A stretch of DNA of 64,000 nt, from assembly GCA_001949185.1 (NCBI GenBank), contig BDGG01000015.1, positions 997,036 through 1,061,035 of the forward strand, written 5' to 3'. Below are positions 13,209 to 28,574 of this stretch, piece by piece (position 1 is the first letter of the stretch; each line of letters opens with the position of its first letter). Position numbers and translations under genes: made by a program. This stretch comes from Ramazzottius varieornatus (taxonomy: Eukaryota; Animalia; Tardigrada). Under the pieces are notes generated by a model. The model was not told the origin of the DNA. It worked only from the letters and a program-made list of their open reading frames with translations, and did not search any database.

Positions 13209-16200
13209 ATGGAAATGAGTGGAATATTATTGCTTGGTCTCATCGCCGTGGCTTCAGCAAGTAAGTTTTCCATTCCGTGTCCTTCGTTGTGCGTTGGAAT
13301 AATCTGCCGAATAGGGAAGAATGAGAGAGTTTGGTTCGGCCTTGGTCCACCATTTGGCAGTTGTGTTGTACAACTTGTTGCAGATTTCGCGGAAATGGGG
13401 ATGAGCATGGGAGGTGATAACAGCATGAACATGCAACAAAAGCAGCAGCAAGGAGGAGTTTTCCTTCAGCAATCGTCACAGCTGTCGGGCGGAATGCCCA
13501 TAGTGGCCCAATGTCTGGAGTGCGACGATAAAGACTCCTCTAACGTTGTGCGGGTGCTGGTCAACAAGAAGGCCAACGTCGACAGCGTGAGCAGTAATCA
13601 AGGAGTGGTCATCATGCCGGCTGCGGTCCAAGGCAGTGGCGCAGGCTTTGACATGCTGCTGGACAGCCGAATGCTCAATGCTGTGCCACCTCCACAGAAC
13701 CTCCTGACCACCACCATCTTCGAGACGTTCCTGACCAACTACCAGGGCATCCCTGTCACCGGCAAGCGAACCCGCATCAGCGTCTACTATGCCAACCAGG
13801 CAGTGACGGCGGCATTTGCCGCTGACGACAACCGAGCAACTCCCGTACGAAGACTTTTGCCCTCTTTTTCTTGTCAATAGCTAATTGGTAATTGACGGCA
13901 AAAAAATAGTTTGGCAGTTCATAACATGGTGCGGTGACCAACTTTTGTCGTTACGACTTGACGTCCGTCCGCGATAAACAGGCGTGGTTTCTGAATGCGG
14001 TATGGCCAACGAGGATGAATAACTTTGGGACGTTGTCTACGGTATGGGTATGCTGGTGGTACTTTTTATCTTGTTGACAGATGTACCAAAGCAATCCGGG
14101 GCAGATGTTGGTCTACTACAGCAACAACGACCAGCAGGCCAGCTTCAATGGTGGCCAGCAAGGCGGCATGGCAGCCACCTCCAACCCAGCGCAGCCTCAA
14201 CCAGCGCTCTTTGTCCACAATCCTCAACCCCCTTCTTTCAGCACCAACCAGCAACCCTTTACAGCTGGCTCTTCTTTTGGCCAAGACACACGTTCGGAAT
14301 TGCAGAGTGCCAATCAGTCACCCACTGGCTCTGGACTATTCGCTGTCAACGTCGTGGCAATGCCCAGTGGAAGTGCAATCTCTTCCAACCAAGACGGCAT
14401 CAACATTCAGTTTCCCAAGACAAACCAAGGCGCTTCCGCCATGGCTTGCGCTCCTTCCTCGTCAAATAGCGGACAGTTTGTCTCGTCGGCACAGAATGTG
14501 GCTCAGTTTGGTTCATCTGGACAAAATATGGGTCAGTCCAGCAGCGCTATGACGTCCAGCGGCAGCAACGTTGGACAGTTCGTCATCGGTTCGACGACAA
14601 GTCGGAGCAACTCGGGCATGACTTTATCGGCTGGATCAAACATTAATCAGCCCAGAGTAACTTCTGCTCAAGCTTCTTCCGGTCAGAGCTTCGGCCAAAG
14701 CAGCGGCGGAATGGTATCCAGTGGCTCCAACGTTGGGCAGTTTGGCCTTTTCGGTGGTCAAAGTAACTCTGGACAGCGTTTTGGCCAGAGCAACAGCGGC
14801 ATGATGTTAGGTGGTAGCTCCAATGTCGGGCAGTTGGGAGTGTCCAACCAGCTGGCGGGGCAGGGTACCTCCAACATGTTCAGCGTGGAGTCTGTGCGAA
14901 GCAGTGGCTCCAATGTGGCTGTCACGTCGGCTTCCTCGTCACAAAGTGGTAGCCAGTTGGGCACTTCTGGCAGTATGCCATCCGGAGGCCGTAATCTGGA
15001 TACGGCTTCTTCGCAGGGCAACCTGCTCATCACTTCGCCTCAAAACCAAAACGGCGCCAGTATGCAGAGTAGCGACATGAGCGCCTTCCAAGGTCTGACA
15101 CCTCAAGCAAGCAGGGACCGCAATACTTTCATCAGTCCTTCCAACGGCAACGTAATGACAAGTGGCGGAGGCTACCAGTCCATTTCTGCCTACAATATTC
15201 AAGGTCGGTACCGTCTTGTCGCGTTGAATAATCTTTTCATAAATCACTGCGCTGTACATCACTTGACAAATAAAAAGGCAGTTTTTCTTTTGATTGTCTG
15301 TGTTCAAGCTCGATTTGTAAGTCGTTGATTTTATGCAGGTACCGATGGCTTTGTGACGGTGGGCTCGGTGACGTTCGTGGCCGCCGCTGTTGGCTCGCCC
15401 TTCACTACTGTGACCGACATCCGCACCATCTCTCCAACCATTAACCAGCCTCCTGGCTCCTTCATGACTTCCTCCAGCCGTCTGGAAGCCTTCTTTGCCC
15501 CAGTCAGCAACACTCGTGTTCGTGGCGAACGTACCCGTTTCGCTTATTACTACGTTCTGGGAGACGCCAACACCGCCGGCCTTGATCAACGCAACGCTAG
15601 GATTTCTTCCGCTTCTACTTCATTCGCCGCCGTCAATGACGGCCCGACGCCTGTTCTGACCTCCGTTCCTCAGGTTGTCTATCAGGGAAGTGGTCGAAGT
15701 GGTGAAGGCTCAGACTTTAATCAAGCGCAACAGGTCAACCAAGTTAACCAACCAACCAATCAACAGCAAGGAAGTTCGCAGTCAACACAAAACAAGAACG
15801 TCCAACAGGTCAATCCTTTTGGTCAACCGCTTACCCAGCAGTTTGGCCAGCTGACTAGCCAACAAGGAAGCGTGCAAGGCACCAATCAACCAGTCAACCA
15901 AATCAGTCAGCCTAACAGCCAACAGTTCAGCCAAGGAAGTACGCAGCAGGTCAACCAAGGGGCCAACCAGGACCTCTTTGCAGGCACTTCCCAGCAGGTA
16001 CCTCGAGTGGTGATAGTACCTGCCGCTGATACTTTCAGTCAGCAAGTTCAGTCGACAGCTCAACCCACTCAAATCAACCTACAGAATATCCAAGGTCAAT
16101 CTTTCACCAACCAACAAAGGCAGTTGGCAAGCCAGAACCAGCAAAGCCAGAGTAGCAGTCAGGCTCGGCAAGGACAATCTTCGGTGGATCAGTTTGGTAG

Positions 16201-17077
16201 CCAGACCCAGAATACCTTTCAGCCAACAACAGCGCAGTCCTCCCCAAGCCAGCAAGAGCAGTTGGCTATCCAGAATCAACAGGGCCAGATGACCGTCCAG
16301 AGCTCTCAGGGACCATCCGGCAATCAACAAGGTCAATCCGCCCTGCAGGCTTCCGCTTCGCAAGGACAGAGCGCTGTCCAAATGCAGCAAGGAAGCGGTG
16401 CTATGCAGAGCCAACAAGGCCAAGCTTCCTCCAGCCAGCAAAGTCAAGCTACGGGAAACAGCCAGTCTGGCCCAACCTTCTCCTTCGCTCCCTCACAACC
16501 AAGTACCGACGATCAAATGTACAACGCTGGTCTTATTGACATGTCTTCTGGGACGACATCGAAGAATACGCTGAACATCGTTTCCCTCCCTGCCAACCAA
16601 GCCAGCGGTCGATCGTCAACGGATAACGTCAACGTCAACAGCAGCCCGCGAGTCACATCCATCCGGGTTGCTCCTTCAGCTTCGCTGTCCAATGCCAACA
16701 GTAATATTCAGTTGGCATCAGTGGGGACTGCCTTTAACATGTCGGACCAAAGTGCAGCGGTCAACAATGGAGCTAGTGCGCAGTCGGTGTCGGATGGAAG
16801 CGCTCAGAATCGGGCTATGCTGGTATTCAACCCTACCAACATGCCCATTCAGTTTGGCAACGGCTTGCCCATGACCACACAGTCTTTTGCCAACGGGACC
16901 AACGCCGTGGCACTCAGTTCGGCCAGCTCCTCCTCTTCCGCTCAAGGTGCCAACACAGCCTTTTTACAGTCTATCAGCTCCTCACAAGGCAATTTCGGGG
17001 CCAATTTCCGTCATTTACGTTCGCTAAAGAGCAGCTGTGATGGTAGTGGATTTTGTAGAATAACCGAAGAGCAATAG
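13209..17077 (+). CDS. Secreted ~1,124-aa Gln/Ser/Asn/Gly-rich protein with an internally duplicated unrecognised domain
   Basis: Exons 13209-13260, 13384-13844, 14081-15203 and 15339-17077 join in phase (3,375 nt). N-terminal signal-like peptide MEMSGILLLGLIAVASA. Long polar low-complexity tracts. Confidence 0.8.
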
Positions 17078-17703
17078 CTCTTGCACTTTCACTTCAATTT
17101 TTCTGTTCGACGGGAACCTGTACATCAGAAAATTTCCACATGGAAATCGAGAAATTAATGTCAAATGCAAAGATAAAAAGCAAAAGCTGAGCTGCTGTAC
17201 AAAAGCTGCGCAGAAAATCTTTGGGAAAATTAGGCTTTGCAAACATGGCACAGGAAAAACACTGCAGTCATGGTACACTGACAAGATAGATCATCAACGT
17301 TTGACATCATCGGCTAAAACTCAAACAAGACTGCCCTCAGGCAAAACAAGCAAGTACAATAAAAGCAGAACGTCACGGCCAGCGACTGATTCAGAAAACT
17401 GTTGAACGGTATAAACTAAGACCAACCGGGACATTCAGACAGTGTCGCAAACAAAAGAGCTTTCGTGGAAAACTGGAGTTGGGCGCGTCTTTGGTCCTGT
17501 CTTGCCACATCCGTGTAATGGCCTCGTTGGCCAAGGAAGAAGCTCGCTGGGAGCGACTGTCGTGCTCTTGTGAGAGAAGGACGACCCTTGCGGCTGGAGC
17601 AGATCACAGAGAAAGCGCGCGAGAGACAAAGGAGAAGAGGAAGTGTGCGGTGACCTTCTGGCTGGCTGGAAGGGGGCCTTCCAGCGAGTAGGAAAGACTA
17701 TAG

Positions 17704-22301
<4,598 letters not shown>

Positions 22302-23934
22302 TTCCACACTGAAAGCATGCGGCCAAGGTTAGCTAGGCCAGTACTTTGAGGCACAGTCGCTGACTGTCTAAATACCTCGAGAACATGATGGCTGTGTCCT
22401 AATGGCCAGTCCTTTTGGCAATCGGCCCTCAATGGCCACAGTAACGATAATCGATATGAGAAAAAGACTTTTTGATAGATCAATCAGAGCGACGGACACG
22501 ATCTCATCTTAATTGTTCCCCGCATGCACCCATCTTGTGGAGAGAAAGACATGGCTGGATACAGTTGATGAAGGTAATCAGCAAGACCTACAAGATGAAA
22601 CCACAGGTGAGGAAAAGCACATGGCAAACATCTTTCATATCCAACAACAAACACAGCACGCATACTAAAGTCCTCCTGCTGAAATCTGAGCACAAGAGAG
22701 GTCCCGATATTGTTCACACAGTGTTATGGGGAAGGAAGGATGGTTGAATGATGAGTACATAGTGCAGGAAGAATAATTACCGGAGTATATGGTGAAGAGT
22801 ATGTCCTCCGATGGGTCGACTTTGGGGGCAGAAGTGCGAAGATGTCAGGCTGTGATGGAAAACGAGGAAATCTCAAGAGATCTTCAAGCCCTTTACGGCT
22901 ATGTAATTAGCCTGGTTTCGAGTGTCCGAACATCTGAGGAGACATGCTCCAATCTTGGAGGAGCACAATGCATAATGCCTGACATCCGTGCAGTGTACAC
23001 AATACAGATAAAGCCCATTCAACCTTTGCAAGTATGCGCTACACTCCGAAAAGTTGTTATTTATTCCCACTGACAGAGCAATGATCAAAGGCGTGCAGCC
23101 AGCACGTCTGCCTGCCACACACAACAATCATCAATCTTTCACATGAGTCACGAAACGGGAGGATTTTAAAATGAACAAGTTGACATCCCTTCCTCTTCAG
23201 CCTCTTTCACAGTCTTCACTTCCCTCATCATCCGCGCCGTGGGCGAGACTTCTCGCCCACGGCGCAACAAGCAGTCAACCACTTGTCTCTCGCCCAGGTA
23301 ACCCACGCGCCGCACACCCAGGAGTGTGCACATTGAACCAGCTGGGCGCTAAGCAGACCGCATGGACAGCAAATCGACGGCTCCGCCTGAGGAAGATCGA
23401 CGAGTTATGCTGCGGACCCGAACAGCGGCCAGTACCATAACATCGCAATTTCGTAATTACCTCGTAGAAGACATTCCGGAAAACCACGTGTGGACCGGTG
23501 TGGTGATCTCATTCACAGAGAGCCGTGCAAGCCTGCAGCAGTAGCTGATACCCAAGGGAACTTCGAATCGCAAACTCATTTGAGGAAGCTCGAGCTCCAG
23601 ACAGCACGATCCTTTCCTCAGGATAATTCCCTGATTTTTTTTTCTGATTTTTCCAATTTTTTTAGTTTTTGCGGAGTCATGGCTTTGTGTCTGATCAAGA
23701 AAATTCGTAGGAATCAACTCGCAAGAACAGCTAGTTGATTTACAAAGAATTGATTACTCAGGACCCTGCCGGTCGGACAATGGTACGACCGACAGGATAT
23801 GACGTAACTCGTGCTGCCTGCTGTACGATCGGCAGCCGCGCGGCTGGTTAACTAGTTAGGAAGGTAGATGATCGTACAATAATACAATCGCCAGGGTGGG
23901 TGGGTAGGTTGGTTGATCAATAGTGGTTGGTTGA

Positions 23935-24368
23935 CCATTGATCTTGGTAGATTGACCACTATTGGCTAACCGTTGGTCTTGCTGTCTTGACCACTGGTGG
24001 TTTACCATTGGTCTTTCTAGGTTGAGCACTAGCGGTCGGCCATTGGTTTTGCTATGTTTGACCACCGATACAGTCGTACCTGTGAGATGTGACAATTGCT
24101 TCTTCTGCAACCGAATAGCGTTTCTGCACGGGACTGCTGGCCATGCACTGCGCAGTGCGATCAGCTGATCGACGTCCGGTTATGGCTCGACTTGATCAAG
24201 TAATCAAGCGCGTGTCTGATCAGTTGATCGGTGATTCGGTCTCATGCGGACAGCATAGCGAGCACCCCCGTATACATATGTACCGTCCGGAACTGAGATC
24301 GGGCGTTTGAACTGTCACATCTCATAGGCAGGACTGTATTAGCCATTGGCATTGATATCTTGACTGCC
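23935..24368. repeat. Degenerate 35-bp tandem minisatellite, interrupted by a MITE
   Basis: Units start at 23935, 23970, 24005, 24040 and, after the MITE, 24343. Consensus approx. CCATTGGTCTTGCTAGNTTGACCACT-N9. Confidence 0.75.
24071..24336 (+). mobile_element. 266-bp Tc1/mariner-type MITE, copy 1
   Basis: TIRs CAGTCGTACCTGTGAGATGTGACA / TGTCACATCTCATAGGCAGGACTG, flanked by TA on both sides (24069-70, 24337-38). Inverted copy at 36754-37019. Confidence 0.9.
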
Positions 24369-24930
24369 CAATTGCAGCGGGTTTATTGACCCGTCCTTTC
24401 TGTCTATCGATCAGTGGGTGTGGTGACCGGTCTGCGCACAGTTTACTAGAGTTGATTATCTGACCGAAAGACGCCTTTTAATACGTCAGATGTGAAAGAA
24501 CCTTGTTTCCCATCCTTTGATCTTTCCGCCATAGGCTCAGGCTTACCATAGTTTTCCTAATTTAAGGGCTTCAGAATGCGTGAACAGTTTTGTACGATGA
24601 CTCAAGCGGTCTATGATTCATCCTAAAGCTCCGCCGGAAGGCCAGCCTTTTGAGCGGAGCTCTCGCAAAACCAGTGCTGCTTCTGCGGTGCATCCGGTTT
24701 CCAGAAACTGCAAGTACACCGCATATGCAATTCTGTGCTGTTTTCCAAACTGCAACTGCACTGCACTGCATTCAAAAATCAAGAGTTTCTGCCCACCAAC
24801 GGAAATGCATATCAAACGCAACGTAAACGTCGTTGTTTTTCAACCGAAAAACGGTAGAATCCGGCCAGAAAATGAAAAAAAGCCGATTTTACTACTGTTT
24901 TCCAGCCCACAACAGTATATTGCGAAGAAC

Positions 24931-25545
24931 GGTGCTCACTTTTACGATAAAATTCGATACGATATTTTTCGATACAATATCGGCGGATATTTTATCGCAG
25001 TCTTCGATATTCATTCGATATCAATATTTCGATACGATATTTTTCCGATACCGTATTTTCGATATATCGTATCATATCGCAGCGATATATAGATATTTTT
25101 GGAATTTGAGTTTTTTGGAATCCCACTGGTTCAAGGTCAAGAACTCAAGAAGCCGACTTCCGCATAAAGTATTAGTAAGATCGGAAGCGTCGGATGCAGC
25201 AAAGACATGACTATACCAAGACTTTAAACACATGGAAACCTGGACAGAATTAGTAAGAGAACCGAATGGGCGGAGTGTGCTGGGTACACCATGGCCAAAA
25301 TCAAGTTCTAAAATCAACCATGGTCTCCCGTAAACGAGATATCACTGGCGAGTTTGCCATTCAGCAAAATACCGATATATCGAAAATATATCGATATGGC
25401 GCGATACGATATCGCCGAATATTTTATTGCAGTATTCGATACGAGTTTCATATCGATATTTTCGATACGATATCTGCCGCATATTTTACGCAAAGATTCG
25501 ATATATTTCGATACGATATCGGTATACCGTATCGTTGCCAGCACC
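24931..25545. mobile_element. Putative non-autonomous DNA transposon with CGATA/TATCG-rich subterminal arrays
   Basis: Two ~170-bp blocks dense in CGATA/TATCG flank a unique ~260-bp core. Ends GGTGCT..ACGATA and TATCGT..AGCACC are inverted. No clear TSD. Confidence 0.55.
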
Positions 25546-25932
25546 ATCATGACGTAACCATTCTGTGACGTACCAGATTGTTAATCTGACCGAAAATTAA
25601 GATCATTCAATCAACCTCCACCGCAGCTTGGGTATGAAAAAGAAACAAAACCACACTTCGGTTGATTGACTGCACCTGTTAGCTCGATATCTGAAAAAGC
25701 ACTTCCACCGGGATTCGATGCCAAGGTTTCCTATATACGAGACCTGGCTCCGGTAAATTTATGGCCTATCATTTTAATTTTGCGCGTTTTAGCTTGCCAT
25801 GCTCCGACAGACGCGCGCTTGAGCAGCACATCAGTGATCGTAGGCATTTTCTCTGTAGTCGGCTCCTGATCCTGATATTCTGATCCCCAAAGGAAGGAGC
25901 ACTACCTCTGTTAGTGCCTGGGACTGGGCAGA

Positions 25933-27882
25933 ATGGGTTTTGGAGGGGAGGACAAGAAGGACGAGCACGACAGGTCACCGTGGGAGGAGGAGGAATCTCA
26001 GACATGGCCTTCGATGGAGTCAGCGGAATCGTCTCCGCTGAAGAAGGAAACAACATCCCCGATGTCTCTGATACAGGACAGTGGATTGTCCAGATCTTCG
26101 CCCTCCATATTTCGTGAGGATATAGAGAAAGTTGACTACGATTCTGAAGACGAAGGGAACGAATCTGCCACCGAGGAACAGGTATACTGTAATCATCCGT
26201 CACTCCCATCTATTACGTAAATGTCTGTGGCTACGAACATATCCTAATTGTGACTTGTGTTTACTTAGCACTTTGAAGAGCATGCGTACGTCTGTAAGCG
26301 GCTGGAAAGAACTCTTGGGCTGGGGTTATGGAACGAAGTGACCGGAAATGGCGACAGAGACTTCGACGACTGGACTGGTAACATATTATTGTTCCTCATT
26401 CAGGCTGTGCCGTTGTGCCGTGTCTATAATTATAACGCCAGAGTTGCATCTTGGCAGAACTGGCCTATGTCATCGGATCCCAGTATGGTACGAAGCTGGA
26501 CTTGAACGTTGTGAAGACCGCAACGTGAGTATGCTTGTTTGTTTTCCGTTGGTTAGGAACTTGGTGCCCATGAACAGTCTGCTATGACTCCGATACTGCA
26601 TAGATGCATATAAGAGAACCTGTTTTCTCGTCATAGGCGACACAACGTTTCCCCTTCGGCGCTGCTGCTCTGTTTGATCTACCTGGAAAGGCTGCACTCC
26701 ACCAATGGCAAAATCTCGGCTGACAACCTGATGAGTTCTTCGGAGCTGTTTATCGTCGCGTTAATGTCTGCTTGCAAATACCTCTACGAGTAAGTTAAGA
26801 CCTCCGTCCTACATCAAAACAACAACTAACGTCTACATAAGATTTGCTCTGTTGTATTTTGTAGTGTGGGTGAAGTTGGAGATTGCTACAATGGCAGTTG
26901 GGCTCGGCAATGCAGAATCCCCTTGAAGACACTGAATCGACTAGAAGTGCAGTTTCTGTCGGCGCTGGACTGGGACCTCCATTCCGGTGAAGCGGAATTC
27001 GAAAACATGATGGCCAAAGTCCAGACTGGGTGTGTATCGACAGACGCATTGTGATATCTCTGAAGAGAAAGACTAAGCCTGTTCTTCTTTCATTAGTATC
27101 GTTAACTCTCAGATGAAATACCGTCCGTCCATGACCTACTCGGATATGATGGCCCTCCTCCACTTCAATAACCTCTTCGCCTCCCTCTTTGTCAAAAGCC
27201 TCTTTTCCCGCATTGCAAAGGTAACAACGAGCTCACACTTTCCCTTGTCCATAAAAATGTTGTAACTTTGATATTTGAGAAGGGCGGAAGACGAATCCTG
27301 CTTGTCAGTCAGGCTCCTGCATACCTTTGCACCGTAGTAGCCCATGCCATTTTGTATGCAGGTGTATATTGACATGTGTTTGTCTCCTCGCAGGTTGTAG
27401 CTGTTCTGGCGGCCAGTTACGTCTCCTTCGGCGTTCTTTCTGTCCTAATGTACACCACTCTACTGAGCGCCCCTAGCGCCAAGAGAGGCGACCAACGCAG
27501 CCCTGTCGCCGCCACGATCTCGCGAGCCCATTCGAGAGCCGATGGTTCTGCCAAGAGTGCAACTGGCGACGCCCCACCTGCTCAAGACACGACTCTCCCT
27601 CAGGACTATGCCGACCTCTTGGTCGCTGTCCATGGACCTCTTCTTAGCCAGCCCACCGTAGCCTTCTTCCCTGTCTCTTCGCGCAAACATCGACAGCGAA
27701 CCAAGAAGGTGGTTTGCTCGCACAAGAGCGATGAACCACTGCTCCTTTCAAGCTTCCTCCCCACACTGGCCTCCCCTTCCCTCTCGGCTTCGGACTTGAA
27801 TGAATCATGGAGATGTGCCTATCAGCCTGAACGCTGGCGCGACAGTCTTTTCTGGCAAAGTGACAAATTGCTTTGCGCTTAA
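25933..27882 (+). CDS. CNPPD1: Cyclin Pas1/PHO80 domain-containing protein 1
   Basis: VSPSALLLCLIYLERL..SSSELFIVALMSACKYLYD..NGSWA..LNRLEVQFLSALDWDL cyclin box. Later TM-like segment VVAVLAASYVSFGVLSVLMY. Acidic N-terminus. Confidence 0.88.
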
Positions 27883-28574
27883 AAGAAACTTGACTAATAT
27901 TCTTTCTTGAAACGGAACTGCTTTTTTTTCAGATTGTAACCGGACTGAGCTGGCCTTGTTTCTAGCTGTTGTTATTATTTTCGTAGATGCGCTGGAATTC
28001 TCTGGGAAAGCTGGCTTCGTTTTGTGGTGTCAGATCAAAGCGGAAGCTTAGGCGGCTGTGTAGACGATTAAAGTCTGCTGATTTTACGTATAGGTGATCG
28101 TTGAGCGGGATTGGGTGATCGTGAGCGGGATTGGTGTCGTTCGCTAGTGCGAATCTGTGGCCACATGCTTGAGACTGGAAACGTGATAGGCCGCCACTTG
28201 GGTCTCTTGTTAGAAGATAGCGGACTTTTGCTTCGTAACAAGTATGCCGACTCTCTCGTCTCCGCAAGGTAGCAGTAGATACGGCAACTGGCCGCCGCAC
28301 CACCTCGTGGGTCCGCCATGCTAAGCCAAGCACAGGTACGGGTACACAAGTGCTTTCCCTCGACAACATCAACACTTCCTTTTTGGTTCTATACCCCAAG
28401 CTCTATGTCCAGCCCTTTCTTCCTATCTCCTACCGGTACATGTTTCTTGTCATACTCATCGTCGTGATAGAGTCATATTTCATGACGCCCTATTATTTTA
28501 CAGGATAACTGGATCAGCGCTGGAGATAGAGAGCCTACTTTGACAGTTTTTTACTGAGCGGAAGAAGTGTTTCG

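Noticed and set aside
23935-24368. 35-bp periodic array as a CRISPR
   Set aside because: Contiguous degenerate units with no unique spacers, no cas genes, and a eukaryotic context.
24613-25568. ORFs rich in RYDI/FDTI
   Set aside because: Translation artefacts of the CGATA arrays.
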